Assembly (NCBI RefSeq): GCF_006345805.1
Contig: NC_042999.1
Coordinates: 171,368,001-171,432,000, forward strand
Origin: Octopus sinensis
Taxonomy: Eukaryota
Length of the DNA stretch: 64,000 nucleotides
Direction of reading: 5' to 3'
In this document: in pieces, positions 12,157-27,116 of the stretch
Layout: each line of letters begins with the position of its first letter
How positions within the stretch are numbered: the stretch's first letter is position 1
Notes under the pieces: model-generated
What the model was told of the DNA's origin: nothing
The model's input: only the letters and a program-made list of their open reading frames with translations
Databases searched by the model: none
Position numbers and translations under genes: made by a program

Positions 12157-13660
12157 AACACACGAACGCACACACGCGCGCGCACACATACACACACACA
12201 CACACACACACAGGGTTATTTTTAGTTCAAATGTATTATTAATATTTGTAAATTTCAGATCCCAGAAAAGGAGTAAAAATGGATTCTTTGCTTAGAATGT
12301 TTCAACATGAGATCATACATCGGAAGTTCTTCGAGTAACAGATATTGTATAAAATATTTATTTCACCTTGGCGGAGATTGCAAAGTAGCAAGTCAGAAAC
12401 TTAAAAAAATTTCTATGTTCCAAGTTTTCTAAACCGAATAAATATTCAAGGGAAACGATAATTTTTGATATTATGGTTTATTTCCTTTTACTCACAAATG
12501 CTTAAATAAACAACCTTCAAAATATCATTACATTTGGTACTCCACAGATGCCTGTATTTTCCATTTAAAAGAATCTCAACTAAATCTATGTTAAGTTCAT
12601 TGACCTAAATAATTTATTCTCACGCCTGAACATCTTTGATTTAGTTATTTAAAGCATTCATTTTATGAATACTTTTACATTTTGTACTCAATATATTCGT
12701 GATAGAGAAATATTATTTATATTTGTTTAACGTGTGTCGTTTACGTTGATAAATCATATTTTTTGCTCAAAATACTTATTAAGATTTATTTTATACAGTC
12801 ATTTAACAAACGTCCTATGGCTTTCTTTTAAAGCATAGTACCGCATTTCTTTTTTAATTAAACCGTTTTCTTCGAATATACTGACAATCAATACAATACA
12901 TTTCAGAGAGGTGAATTTTCATTGTATACGTGTTTATATATTGAAAATCCAATAACATAACATTCTTGAACAAAATGAAGCATATGCTGGAATTCAGAAT
13001 TACTAACACAACAAATGATATTTGTTGCAAATCTTGCTGTGTATATAAGAGAGAAATAACGGAATATCATTGCAATCTTGTCAAGAAATAAAAAGTTAAA
13101 CAGAAATTTACGAGTCCAGTTTTGAATAAAACGTTCGTCAGTTAATCTTATTGGAAATCGGACCATGTTCTGGTACCACTATTCGTATAAATATGTTAAT
13201 ATTTTTCATGTTTACAAATTCCCATTTTGCTTGAATTAGTATATGTTAAGAGATAAAACAACCAGAAATGTTTAATGTTTACATTATAACCAATTTGTGG
13301 CTGAGTTCTGGAGTAGCTCGTGAATTGCTTTTAAAGTTTTACGCATACATATCGAGCAATTTCAAATAGTTCCCTATTTCCTTATAATTCTTTCTTTTCA
13401 CTAGACAAATATAGATCCGTGCAATGCTTGACAGAAATAATTATTTCCATTTGCTTACATATTTTAGCACTGAGCCAGATTCTCACATGTGTATTTTAAT
13501 GCAAAGAAATTATTTTCTTGTTTCTTATATGACGCATGAAGCAAATATTATCCATTTGTATCTTTTTCATAATAAACTGACAGATAAATATATATTCAGG
13601 CCATCTACTGTCCTTATTAGTGTGTGTGTATGTATGCATATATGTATGTATATATATATA

Positions 13661-13722
<62 letters not shown>

Positions 13723-14859
13723 CAACTTGTAATCACATAGGTGCAAATCAAGATGGAGAAAATAGTACTGGAATACGAAAAGTTGAGTAAAATACTATTT
13801 TGATAGAACCGCAAATATTCCACAAAAGCTGCACAAACCGTTTCTTATAGTTTTTTTTTGTGTGTGTGACAGTTCATGACTATGTTTATGATTATGCCGG
13901 GTAGTACAAACATTTTCCATAAAACATTTCCTTCATAGACAGCACTTTTGCATTTATTGCGAGTCTGATTAACATTGACATGAATCTCTGAGTAACAGCT
14001 TGGAGATTTTTCTCGGGTTTAATTAAATAGAAAACACACGCATATACACGCGCGTGCGCATGCACACACACACACGCAGAGGGATAGTGTGGGAGGAGGT
14101 AGATAGATATACATATACACTTGCAGGGAAAAAAAGTATATACGTGTATGTATATGTATACATACGTGTGTGTCTGTGTGTGTGTGTTGGTTTGTGTGTA
14201 CGTGTGTGTGTACTTGTGTGTGTGTGTGTTTCTGTGTGTATGTATGCATGTTATGTATATACGATTTTTCTTTGATTTTAATTTAATTTCTTCAAAGAGT
14301 TCAAGCCCATTACGAACAAAGCAACAAAACATTTTTGAGTTAAGAAATTTCACGGCGTTTGTGAATATGTGGTTGAGTTGGTGTGTTGGGGGAAATGTGC
14401 ATACATGCACTCAGGTGTGTGTATCTATTCACAAGAATTTCACATGGAGAGTGTGCGCTAATGAAGGCCTGTTGTGTAATTTATGTATCCCATATTCGTT
14501 TAGTAGTTGCTGTTATTCTCTTTGCAAATCATATTAGTTTTAATAAGGAAGACATATTTCTTAAGAAATATATGAAGAACGTCTTAAAGTATTATGCCAA
14601 GATAACTTTCTACGTTTTGTTTTCAGAGATATAAATTCTGTTAAAATGTTTATTCTATAATATTTGATGAATTTATATATATATAGATGCTTTAAATCCA
14701 CGTTTGTGCACATTAGACGTGCCACTTCTCCTTATAATAATAATAGGACACCGACTATGTAATTCACTGAAAATTTACAACCAGTCTCCCGTTATTTGAA
14801 AGAAAGCTACCAAAGATTAGTGCTGATCATCAATCAAACGAGCCCAGGCAGTGCTTGAT

Positions 14860-15035
14860 GAAAGAGAATTTTCGGGAACGGTCAAGAAGAGAAAACTGCA
14901 GTATTTTGCACATGTCACCAGAATGTAGGACCTCAGCATCCACGTCCAAACAGAAAGTATCACAGAGATAAGAGGGTAGGGCGGACCGAATAGACGCTAG
15001 ATGGATGGCATCAAAGTATATTACAGGGTGTTACT
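14860..15035 (+). mobile_element. RTE-clade LINE C-terminal fragment
   Basis: EREFSGTVKKRKLQYFAHVTR...GGPNRR*MDGIK resembles the KRKL.YFGHV.R...RGRP..RW.D.IK tail of RTE ORF2. Confidence 0.65.
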
Positions 15036-15568
15036 GGAAGTTTACTGCAATTGAATTGTGTTTGTGATAACTTCTCCTTCATGCTTTCATATCAACGATG
15101 AATGCGTGTCCACTAGGGAAGCAATTTTAATAGAGATCTGCGATGGTGCAGCATAGAACCTCTCATCCAAGACATGTGAGACGAATGCGTCATATGGAAG
15201 GCTTCATGCTTTATACGATGCTGAAGCAACATTTTGGCAATTAACAGGAAAGGAAACTTAAGAGAAAAACAATCAAGTGTAATGGGAATAACATAAGTAT
15301 GTTACTGACAATAATTTTTTACCATTTCAAATTCATGTAAAACAAAATTTAAAATGTGAGCATTAAAAATTGACAAAATACATAGAAATGAGTTTATGTC
15401 CATTCTGAAAATTCGTCTTCGTTAAAATTCAATAAAAGTAACTTGAAGTGGCAAAGGGCCAAGAATTGTATAATAGAATTGTTGCTTCATAAATTGACTT
15501 TTCAACATCACTGACGTTATCTTTATTAATTATGCATGAATGAAGGATGATGATAATAAAAAAAATTA

Positions 15569-15631
<63 letters not shown>

Positions 15632-15632
15632 G
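15569..15632. repeat. (TAA)n microsatellite
   Basis: Directly visible. Confidence 0.97.
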
Positions 15633-15644
15633 CAATAATAGTGT

Positions 15645-16225
15645 TAATTGAGAAAGAAAGCAAACGATGTTGGGTCATGGATATGGTATGTCCAGCTGAC
15701 AAGTTATGCGAGAAGGAAGAAAGCAAAGTCGATAGATATGACAGGTTAGATTTAGATGTAAATTAGTTGTGGTCGCTGAAAAAGGTGGTAGTAGTAACAA
15801 TAATTGTCGGAGACCTGGGAACAGTGAGTAAAAATGTTGAGAAATACATGAAACAAATAGGGCTTCAATAAGGGCGGAGGACTTGTAGAAAACAGCACTG
15901 CCTGGAACCGGATGGTGATCGAAATTCTATTTATTCAATCTCGTCAATATTTCCTAATTGATGTGTTCCCGGATGATTTCTTATGCTTATAAGATGATTT
16001 CTTATGCTTGGACGAACTAAACAGCTTTGACAGAAGACAAGGGAGTTGCTAACTAGATATGGGACACTCCACCCCAAAAGGGTCAGAGACAGACTGTATG
16101 TACCAAGGAAAAGAGAATGAAGGGGACTTATTGGATGCGAACGCAGCATTAGAGCAGAAAGAAACAACATAACATGGTATGTAAAAAATATCACAGAACC
16201 GCTATTATCAGAAGTAAGATAAAAA
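15645..16225 (+). mobile_element. R4/Dong-type LINE fragments: RLE domain followed by an RT-thumb segment
   Basis: EKESKRCWVMDMVCPADKLCEKEESKVDRY...IIVGDLGTVSKNVEKYMKQIG (about 15650-15910), then LLTRYGTLHPKRVRDRLYVPRKRE*RGLIGCERSIRAE (about 16010-16220). Confidence 0.8.
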
Positions 16226-16575
16226 AAGCACTCTCTCTCTCTCTTCCTCCAAAGTCAACAAAAGGCTCTTTCAGCTACCTTCACAAATACATATACTTTT
16301 TCCAGTATCGATTGACACTGATATTGAAAAAGTGAAATCAAACAATGAAACTCGAGTCCGTGTGTATCATAAGTTGAAGACGGGAAGGATGGCTTCCCTT
16401 CGCAAATACTGATAGGGCACAGAAAGTGTGTCTATAGCCAGCTGGAAGTGGTGTCCTCCTGGGGCTACAAACTACAGTAGCATCCACACTTAAGGGTTAG
16501 CTGTATTCAAATGGCAAATATACGTCACGATGTGTTGCTGCTACTGTTTATAACTCGCTCTGAGATTTATCATTG

Positions 16576-16636
<61 letters not shown>

Positions 16637-16665
16637 AGAGAGAGATTGAGAGAGAGAGAGAGAGA

Positions 16666-16930
16666 GCGCATGGCTTTAGGGTTAGGGTATTGCACTCACG
16701 ATCTAGAGATCGCGATTTCGGTTCTTAGACTGAGTGGAGCGTTGTGTACTTGAGCAAAACACTTCATTTCACGTTGCCCTGCGATAACTTTGTCACCTGC
16801 GGCGTGGTAGGCAGTTCTCCTGTTCAGACAACGTTGGTTTGATGGAGAGAGTGAGATAATGTGCAGCACGAACATTTGGTCACTAATAAACAAATCATTT
16901 GTGCAGTTTGCTACGTAAAAACTGAACACT
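16666..16930 (+). mobile_element. Diverged tRNA-derived SINE
   Basis: GCGCATGGCTTTAGGGTTAGGG head and the segment GTTGTGTACTTGAGCAAAACACTTCATTTCAC, shared with the SINE piece at about 59995-60025. Confidence 0.7.
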
Positions 16931-18100
16931 CATACAGCATCTTAAGTGGGAGAGTCCATCATATATATTCAAAGATATAATCAACATACATACAAACATG
17001 TATGTAATACATACACACACATACATATATGTATATATGTATGTATGTGTGTATGTGAGTGTAAACATGTATATATCTATGTAAATGTATTTACGTATGC
17101 ATTTTTGGAAAATTCGAAATTCTTAATAGACTCGGGTATTTTTTCTCTCGTTGCGAACCCTAATTATTTAAACCAAGCCAGCGCAAAGTTTTGGAATTTA
17201 GCCGTCTTGCTAATGGTATAAATAGCCGAAACCCCATTCAGTTATTTCATATGAATAGAAATAAGATTAACTTTCGTTATATATTGTATTTTAACCAAAA
17301 CATATTTTATAACTTACAAAATATTTATAAGTAATAGTTAGAGTAATATATTTCAATGAAAGTAATATACAACTAGTTTAATAAACAGAATAGTTACTAT
17401 ACAATTGTACAATTTTCCCTTTATAAATATATCACTTTTATTTAATATTACAGAGATTGTGTTTGTGCATATAGATATGTATTTATACGTGTATGTGCCT
17501 CTATATTATGTAAATATGTAAACATCTATGTATATATATTTCCTTTTATGCAGACTGATGTCGAATGAATAAATATTTTCAAATACTTCACATTCATATA
17601 TATATATATATGTGTGTGTGTTTGTGATTGCGTGCGTATACGTGTGTGTGTATGTCTATGTATACATCTACCCAAATGTCTCTCTCTATATATATGCACG
17701 CGTACACAAACACACACTTCTATATATTCATACATGTGTATGCCACTTGAAGTAAAACAAAAATTATTTAGAAAACACACCTTTTAATATAGTTTTGCTT
17801 TAATTTCCTTCAATATATGATTTAAAACATTTCTCGAAATTATTTTTGCCATGAGCAGACAGTTTGATAATATGCATGTATTAGATGCAACTGGTTTCAA
17901 TTCATGTTGTATATAACTTATTATTGACTTGACTGCAGTGTCTCTTTTTTTCTTCTTTTTTTAATATACATATAAAGAAATAAAATAGATTCTGAATTAA
18001 GTTTTGAATTTGAACATATAATCCTACGGTATATTCTGTTAGGTATTCCGAACGGATCTCTGCTGTCTTTTTTTTTTTTTTTTTCTTTTGCTATCCTTAC

Positions 18101-18178
18101 CATCTCCTTCCTCTTCTGATATAGACATATTATCCCTGACGTCATTATAATGAAAGAACATGTTTCTTCTCCGAGGTT
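18101..18178 (-). CDS. Candidate internal exon of an unidentified gene (78 nt, phase 1-1)
   Basis: Acceptor TTCCTTCTTCATAAAAAG|, donor GATG|GTAAGG, open frame EPRRRNMFFHYNDVRDNMSISEEEGD. No homolog recognised. Confidence 0.25.
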
Positions 18179-20229
18179 CTTTTTATGAAGAAGGAAATGA
18201 GATTTAATCACAATCTTTGACAGGTATCATTGACCTGATTAGCAGAAAGATCTATTTCACCAGCTACGTTGGTGTAATTGATTTGTAACGGAGAAAGTTC
18301 AAGTTAAGTAAGTCTTATAGAATTTGATCAGAAAATTGAAAATCACGCATGGTACTGGTAGGGAAAGCTTGCACGGTTAAGACAGCCAGTTTGTTCGAAG
18401 GGACTTGAGGGGAATATTATAGATTAAATGTTGTTTCTGTTCACTTATTTACGGATTTTTCATGAAATTGTTATTTTTATAGACTGTGTCACTAAAACAT
18501 ATAGTTATCGGAGGGTATCAGATGTGGTATATAAACTTAATGTGGGATAAATGACCAGCCTTATTTGTTACAAGCGTTATTCGTTACCAAAGATATCTGT
18601 AGCCGTAATATTTTTAAATGTCACAATTCAATGCTACGGTTTACGGTACAGTCATGTTCCAGTATATCAAGAAGAATGAAGCTCTTATCATTCCCCAACA
18701 CATTCGTCTATTAATTTTTGTGTAGAAAGCAATTCTCCTAACATCTTAGTCCTTTTATAATACTAGATATTTTCAACCTCATTGTATAACCTTAGATCAG
18801 TGACCATAAACTTAAACAATCTTTTACCATCTGTCACAACATTGGATAAAACGAAAATGAAACACTTCCAGCTAATAAGAAGGTGGTTCTACACTCCCCT
18901 GCTTGAAACTGTGTGTCAGTAAGGTAGGCGCCCACATTGCAATTATATCCAGTACCAAAATTATTCCACCCTAATGGCGCATGAAGTGCAAAGATTGTGA
19001 TTCGTGTACCCAAGTTAATTAATTCTTACATTCCCTGGTTATCTGGGCCTATGGTCGCTATTGATATCACCAAACGTATTTTGTTTCAAATGCAGGAGTC
19101 TCTACTTTAAATTTCTCTACCTCTGCACAATCTTTTTTTCAGCATAAAACTTCACAGTTCAACTTTCCGATGATGTAGAAATAAGTCCATAATTACTTAG
19201 GTGCAATCCTGTGTAGATCTATGTGGGTTATAGAACCCGTATTGTAAACGTCCTGAAAACAGACATGAACATATCAACGTTCAATAACAGAATGGTAGCG
19301 GAGGTGGGTATTAAGTGATCAAAGGAAAGAAAAGTAAGTAAATAGAAAGAGAGGTAGATAGAGTGAGGAGGGAAGTTAAGGAGTGGCTTTAGGATAAAGT
19401 AAGGAATATAATCATATAATGTCTAAGAATATATTGCACTAACATAGCTGAGAAGATAAGAGAGTATGAGGAGTTGGAGGAAGATATCGTAAAAGTACAA
19501 ACAAAATAGTGCGAAATGAAAGGAATTTAAAGAAAGTAGTAGGTACCAGTGGTATTCTTCTTTTCACCTGTGAGGTAGACTCCATGCCTTGTATATATGT
19601 ATATATGTATGTATACATAATACATATAAATATACATATATACATATATGTGTGTGAATGGATCACAAGTTAGTCAGGAATTTCTAAAACATCGTCCTCC
19701 ATTAATACATTATTTCTTCTTTAGTGGAAGCGCAGTTCTCTCTAACAAGATGAGATGCTTAACATCAATCGCATTTCTTTTTTAAACTGGATAAGCTATT
19801 AACAATGATCGCCTGCTTTATATGGTATATGCAAATATAATACATACTTCACCATGTGAATTGTAGAATTTATCAGTTGTTCTACACGTTATACAGGAAA
19901 ATAATTATATTTGGGATACATTGTTCTCAGTTACTTTTTTCGACAATCAATAATCCTCACTGATCTCCTGATTAATTATCATATTTCATGTTCTTTGGGA
20001 AAGCATTTGTTCAATAGACAGGCATTTGATACTACATTACATGACACTTTGATTTATGATTGACGAATAATGAAACACTCCCTCTCTCTCTCTCACACAC
20101 ACACATACATACACATACACACACATTCGCACACATATATGCAGTAGAATGCAAAATAGAAAATCCTTGGTACATTTGAAAATATGAACAGAAATGACTT
20201 CAAATTATCAAACCCATTTTTATGCATTG

Positions 20230-20308
<79 letters not shown>

Positions 20309-20319
20309 CCTAGATGCCT

Positions 20320-21717
20320 TATATAAATAGTACTTCTCTAATTTGGGTCCGACAAATATAGCCTCTTTCACATTCGTCTGTGTGATTTTGGGAAACTTTT
20401 CTACAACGTACTAAAACCATCTGGCATTTCTCTTCTCTAGTGTTGTACAAATTGTTTCATCAGTCCAAGCTTTTTGTACAAAGGAGGCAATAAGACACTA
20501 CCTTGTCTATAAGAGGTGTATTCTTGACGCTAGATAATCCTGGCTTGTTCTTGGCTGTCAATGTAATTCCGAATAATGTCTGTCAGTTGCCCGGCTATCC
20601 CATAGACACAAGAAAACAGTATTTTGTGAAATCTAATTGCATTCCCATTAACATTCCAATGACTTTTAAATCTTCACATATTTTCCATGAGTATCTTCCA
20701 TAGGCAATAAAATGAGGTAAAAATTCCATATTCTCATATGATTCATGAAGATGAACTGAATGGAGGGCTTCAAATTAACAATATGAAGAAGTACAGCTTT
20801 TAAACTTCGTTTTGAAGAGTCAATAAACAAGCGCCAATCTGTAGGATCATGATTTCGTGATAAACATTCGAAAAGTCCAACGAAGTTACTGCAAGAGCAA
20901 AGCGGGCCTTCAACAGAAAAACACGTTTGTAGAACCACATTTCTCTGCCGAAAATAAGTTATACAAATACCGTGCCCAAGCAGATACTTCTCCTTCAGCC
21001 CTGATGCCAACAGTTCTGCTTTATCTTTTAAGAGGGATAGGTATATGACAAGGTCATTCAGTTCAGCGTGGGAAAATTTCTGTGGCTCAAAGCTATCGTC
21101 ATCAGCCACGGAATCTTCCTCAGCAGCACTATCGTGACAGTCAGCATCGTCATCTGATGTTTCACTACCATCATCTGGTGGAACTGGAATTGGTAGACTT
21201 CCATTGTGAGTCACGTAAGCTATTTGAGCAAGATGAACAGATCAAATGTGGTGCTCATAACTTGTCCTGATCACCAAGAGGACAGTCAAAGTATATATTA
21301 TAGATCTTCTTGATCTCTGGTGTTATTATGCGTTTTCAGCTTTCACAATAAATTGTCCATAGACAACAAAACACATCAGGACGATTTCTACACTGACTTG
21401 ACATTACTAATACTGTAAAACAAGCGGGGAAATAGATACTTATACTGAATTAGAAATGAGGAAGTATTTCATCTGAACCCTGCAGCAATGAATAATGTAG
21501 TTATTTTAAAGGTATGTTTCCAAGATGTAAATGAAATACATGCATACGAGACATTAATTGGAATTTCTATATAATGCATAAGCTAAAACCAAAAAAACTT
21601 TCTCATTTTGAAAACTACGTGATGTCAAAAAACTAATTGTATATTTGAAATGGGCATTAAAAACTACACTAAGTACACCTTGACATATGCATGACGAAAA
21701 ATACTTGTTGACCAATG
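20320..21717 (-). mobile_element. Internally deleted DNA transposon, probably Chapaev3-like (CMC)
   Basis: The ORF at 20666-21214 has FSHAELNDL..LSLLKDKAELLAS.LKEK and WRLFIDSSKRSLKAVLLH. The upstream frame has IYNIYFDCPLGDQDKL*APHLICSSC; downstream frames have LWDSR, LPPLYKKLGLMKQFV and KEAIFVGP. A TIR-like end CATTGGTCAACAA lies at about 21705-21717. The superfamily name is from recall. Confidence 0.75.
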
Positions 21718-22680
21718 TAATTGAGATTTTGAATATACAATGATGGAATCACTCAATTTGTTTTTCGTTTGTATCTTCCAGTTGAAATTGAGATGGTAAT
21801 TTGAGTGTTTCACATTTTAATCTATTTATTGTATCTGCCATCATTTTTGTGCGTGTGTCTATGAGACATAATAGCAAGCTGGATGCACACCGACTTTGTC
21901 CATGACCAGGAAAACAAGACAAATGTTTTCACTCTATACACTAAGACCGTCGTTGAATATTTGGGTTCTATTCTTGGCAGTATATATTACATTTACATTT
22001 AGAATCTGATATACCGCTCCACTCGGCTTGCGAATAAGGTCTAAAAACACTCAATCAATGGATAATAGCATGAAATAAGACTACAAAATAGCATATTTTA
22101 TCCAATGTAAATGAAGTTTTTTCTCGATGACATCGTAATAATAAATAATTTGCGTATATTGCTTAGTTACAGAGTAAATAACACGGATTAAGTTATATTT
22201 AGAACAGACCATTGGTTTGTATTAGATGAAAGATTTGAGGAGAGACCACATTCTAAATGAATATTTCACATTCAAAGTCTATTGTTTCAAAACCTGATGC
22301 CAACTTTAGGAGGAATTGTTGAACGGTGTCATTTTGAAGCTGTATTTGCTGTTAAATTTCGCTTTATTCTAGCCTTGGTTACGTATCTAGTTAATTGTCT
22401 GTATATCGTACTTTATATAACTTACGTTAGAACAGCAAATGAAAGACACTTTTTTTAACCAAGGTATCTGAAATTAAACGTTGAAGAGATGGCAGTGTAT
22501 GTGATATATTTACAATCCAATGAATATTGTATACAGACATATACACACACATATATATGCACATGTATATTTGACTGTGCAGACACCACTCTCTATTATA
22601 TCCCACTTTATTTCTTTTCATATGCATATATAAATGTACATTATAGATAAATTGCTTGTGTGTATAAGAATGTGCGCGTG

Positions 22681-22684
<4 letters not shown>

Positions 22685-22776
<92 letters not shown>

Positions 22777-22785
22777 TATATATAT
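22685..22785. repeat. Long (TA)n microsatellite; similar tracts near 9484-9556, 13650-13717, 16578-16632, 28872-28940, 33590-33700, 40515-40572, 40845-40885 and 41776-41905
   Basis: Directly visible; source of the IY-repeat ORFs. Confidence 0.97.
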
Positions 22786-23919
22786 ATGTATGTATGTAAC
22801 TTATCTCCCACGATCAAACACACGAAACAAGCAATCCCAACTGTTATTGTGAACTACTATAAAATATCAATATTTACTTTGAACAAAAGTTGTATAATAT
22901 TATTTATACTATGTTTTTATCTCCAGAAATGGAATCACAATAACAACAGCTAATACAGAAAAGTAAGTTTACATTCTTCCATGTCATTCATATATGACAT
23001 TTCATTATATTTAAATAATTTGGAATGTTGACATACTTGTAATTTTCTTTTCACACGTGAAAGACTAAATGAAGATCTCAAAATGTAGACTAACCTGGGG
23101 AAATAATAAACGTCTCATCCTTTGAGAAAGTTATGATCTTAGAGTGTTAATACCAAAGTGTGCATACGTGCATACGTATGAGTACTTACACCCACAGGCG
23201 CACTCATATGCATGCAAGTCTCTGTACTTTTGCGTACTGTTGTATGTGTATGCATATGCTCCATAGAAATCAAGATGCCTTGACTCCTTTAATTACTACC
23301 ATCTTGTAGCACATTTGGTTTCTTTTTTCTCTGTATTTTCACAACGCCATTTGTAACGTTATTTTCCCGGAATTGTGAGCATGAAATGTACCATTGTTTA
23401 GCTTGTACGTACATATCTGGTTTGGAAAAAAAGTATCTCCATTGTTGATAAACATTTGATGAGCAACGCACGTTGGGTACTGTCGTAAACGATGATATTG
23501 AAAATATCCCTTGTTTTTATTTACCATCAATGTGAAACCGGGGCACGCCGTAAGCTTGCTGTTGAAATGCTTATCAATAATAGTGAAGATGAGGATCATT
23601 TGCTGCACATTGTCGTCAAATAATTTCAGTTTACGGCTGATATCTCATACTAATGGATAACCTTCTGTGCTCTTCCGAAATTAATTCGAGCCATTTTTTA
23701 GTATACCATGAGGAGCTGCATATTTTATGATTAATAAACAATAATATATATAATTAATTGTATTCATAATCACGTAGTTCATTATATTCCAAGAAACGTT
23801 TTACATATAGTTCCTTATTCCACATTAAATAAGAAAGTGTATACATTCAGTTTTCTCAATGAATGAATAAATCACATGAAATTATGTTTGAATAATTTAA
23901 TTCGTAATAAGTGCTGAAA

Positions 23920-24320
23920 TGGTTGTGTGGTAAACAACTATGTCAACTTGCAACAAGTGATCTTAAATTCAGTCGCATTGTGTGACACCTTTGGCAAGAG
24001 TTTTCTACTATAACTCCAAGCTTACCTATAAGTAAATTTGGTAGACTAAACCAATGTGGAAGTTTTTCACATACACACACACACACTCACACACACACAC
24101 ACACACGCACACACGCACACACACGCACACACATACGCACACGCACACAACAAGACACACACGCGCGCACGCACACACACACATATGTTTGTGCGTGTAG
24201 GTGTATGTATATACATGTGAGTATTTGCATCTTTGTGTTTGCTTTTATCAGCCCCTACTTTAAAAACCGGTGTTGCTTTCTTTACGCCCTTGTAACTTCC
24301 CAGATTGGCATAACAGACGC
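23920..24320 (+). mobile_element. Highly diverged SINE (family of 10497-10910) with an internal (CA)n expansion
   Basis: GGTTGTGTGGTAA..., TGTGACACCTTTGGCAAGAGTTTTCTACTATA, and later CCGGTGTTG..TTTACGCCCTTGTAACTT. Confidence 0.65.
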
Positions 24321-27050
24321 ATATAAAAATTTACAAACAAATAAGTACTGAAGTGGAATATTTTTTATTAAAATATTCAAGGCAGAATCTCAGCATGACC
24401 AGAATCCAATGCCTAAAATAAGTAAACCTTAAAGAATAAATGATAAATGTTTTCGCGGTAGTACATAAAATAAGAAAACAGTAGAACATGAGAAAGGCTT
24501 CTGAGATAAACTCTTTACAACCTGATAGATGTAGGCTTACAGTTAGAAATTGAATATATTTGATGTCTTGAAACGCGAGTTTCCTTTGCGATGAACAGCT
24601 ATTCATTTACATTTAATGATGGTTTCCGCTTTCATATTGAATGAAGACACCTGCTAGAAAGTCGAATTTTCCACTTTCTTTAGATAGGGTGACTTGTAAC
24701 ATTGTGAGTAATATATTTCGAGGATACCGTAAAATAAACTTCGGAATATCGATAATTTCCATATCATCCAGCGACCACCGTAATATCTAATGGAAACATC
24801 ATCACAAAATGTTCCCAACACTTGACAGTGCTATCTTAGAAGTGCATTATTTGGCATGTAGGAGAATTTCACTATGCTATGTTTTGAACAGCATCAAAAT
24901 GAAACGAAAGGATATAATTTATTTAAAAAAAGGGCAGAAAATATACACCTCCTTGTTAATAATTTCCTCGTCCCTGAATAGCAATGTATCAATTGAATTT
25001 CACCGGTCTATTTTAATATGGCAATTGACATAAGGTCTTATAAGCTTTTCAAAATGAACATTCAAATCAAGGAATTATTGTATCAGCTAATGAAAAAAAT
25101 ATGCAAACTTTGCATTATTGATCCCAAAGAGAACAGTTAAAAATGGTTAAAATATGTATGACCACTGAAACAATGATGTAATGCAGAATCATAATCGATA
25201 TTTAACTGCCAATAAATCGGTGTAAGTGATGAAATATCTACAAGTATAGTTTCAATATAAGAATGTTTTCGTTGGAACTACTGTACAGGAACATACATTT
25301 ATACGACATTAGGATTTTAATAGAATATTAATATATTAATATAGTTGCCTTCTCTAAGGTACATACGATTACTACGTAAAAGAATTATCAAAATTAGAGC
25401 ATACAAATTTTCTTGCAGGAAAGGGGACCTGTATATTCTGCCTGCTGTGTAGCTTTACAAAGTAATAAGTACGTTTTCGTAAGTAATATAAATCTAAATA
25501 TACTGATGTTTTTAAATGTAATTCTTCTGGGAGAAAATAATATATTTCAGATTTAGGATACACATATACATCCTCACATGAATTTATTAACATAGAGGGA
25601 AACATACATTCACATACATATACATACATGATAATATATATGTTCTTAGGCATGCGTATTTATATGAATGAAAGTATGTTTACCTGTATGTGTGTAAGTG
25701 CGTGTGTTTGTGTGCCTCTGTGTGCAAACGCAGATATATGTATCAAAAGTTTAATAACGTTTTTACAGTGAACAGTGTTTATAGAATAACGGTATTGTAG
25801 TCCATGAAGGAAATTAATAAGCCGTAGACTTGTTGATATTAACAGTTAGCTTCTCTTGCCAAAATATCTATAAAATATAATTAAAAATCTAAATACAGTT
25901 TAAACGCAAGAGCGTATGAAGAAAGCGGTTCTATACAAAAGCAATGTTTTAGATTTAATGAAATATACACGGCATTTAATTCAACAGAATGCGGCAACTA
26001 AACCCAGAGACAATATTAATATTAAATTTGCCTTTCTGGTATGATATGTTTGAAAAAAGCTAATATTAAAGACACATCAAACAGAAAGCCAGTACCGGTT
26101 TAAGAATGTCAAATTATTAGTAATTTACACTGCTTTACATAAGTACAAAGCAGAGTGTATACATAAGTCCACACATAAAAATACCCATATATATATAAAT
26201 ATATTTTACATAGACATATTCATACGGAAGTACGTACATATATACACTCATAAGTATACATATTATGCATGTACATATATGATGGATAGTTGTATCTATG
26301 TGTGTATGCGTTTCTCTACATACATATATGTGTGCGTGTGTGTGTGTTTCTCTCTGTGTGCTTGCGAGTAGTAGTGCGTGGTTGACTGTGTTCGTAATGC
26401 ATAGGTATAAAATGTATTTCTTGATACATACTAAATGTTTAACTGTTGATTCTACAGTCTATTAACGATTTTTATGGGAACATTTTCAGAGCTGCTGATC
26501 ATTTCATAGTAATGGGTGTTGTTGATGTCAGAAGATTTAATTGACAAACTAAACTGAAGCACATTCGAACAATAACGGCCATACAAAAGCGAACGTACAC
26601 ATGCGATTATTATGATTTATCACACGACCATAAGTGTTATTTTAATTATTTAAGAACTTGCATCTCACTATATTACGTATATTAGCTTCTAGTAACTGTT
26701 AACTTCGTATATTGTTGGCAATTCACGGTAGTTTTTCCATCTCACTGTTTTAAGTTTTAACGCTTTCCAATTTACCTTCATTAAAATACGATATCTTACT
26801 AGTCATTTAAATAAAAGCTGGCGAAAGCTAATAATATAGTTTCCCAGTTTATCAGTATACTGTGTCGGATACCATTTAGACTTCTCTGCACTCAGTATTT
26901 AATCATATTCTTTTAAATCAGCATTTTGCGTTTATCATATAAATTCTGCTGGCACTCGAGAAGCTTGCATTTTCAGGCAGCATGTATACTACTTATTTTG
27001 TTCTTTATTAATCGCTTTTCGTCTCTTTTACCTCTCAGTACACACCCATC

Positions 27051-27106
<56 letters not shown>

Positions 27107-27116
27107 CATATTTACA

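Noticed and set aside
15445-15495. LEVAKGQELYNRIVAS resembling the kinase motif LELVTGGELFDRIV
   Set aside because: Short, followed immediately by a stop, with no other kinase subdomains or usable splice sites.
16306-16412. Plus-strand acceptor followed by SIDTDIEKVKSNNETRVRVYHKLKTGRMASLRKY*
   Set aside because: No partner exon or homolog recognised; consistent with a chance ORF next to a LINE fragment.
16675-16686. (TTAGGG)2 telomere-like motif
   Set aside because: Only two units, lying within the A-box region of a SINE head.
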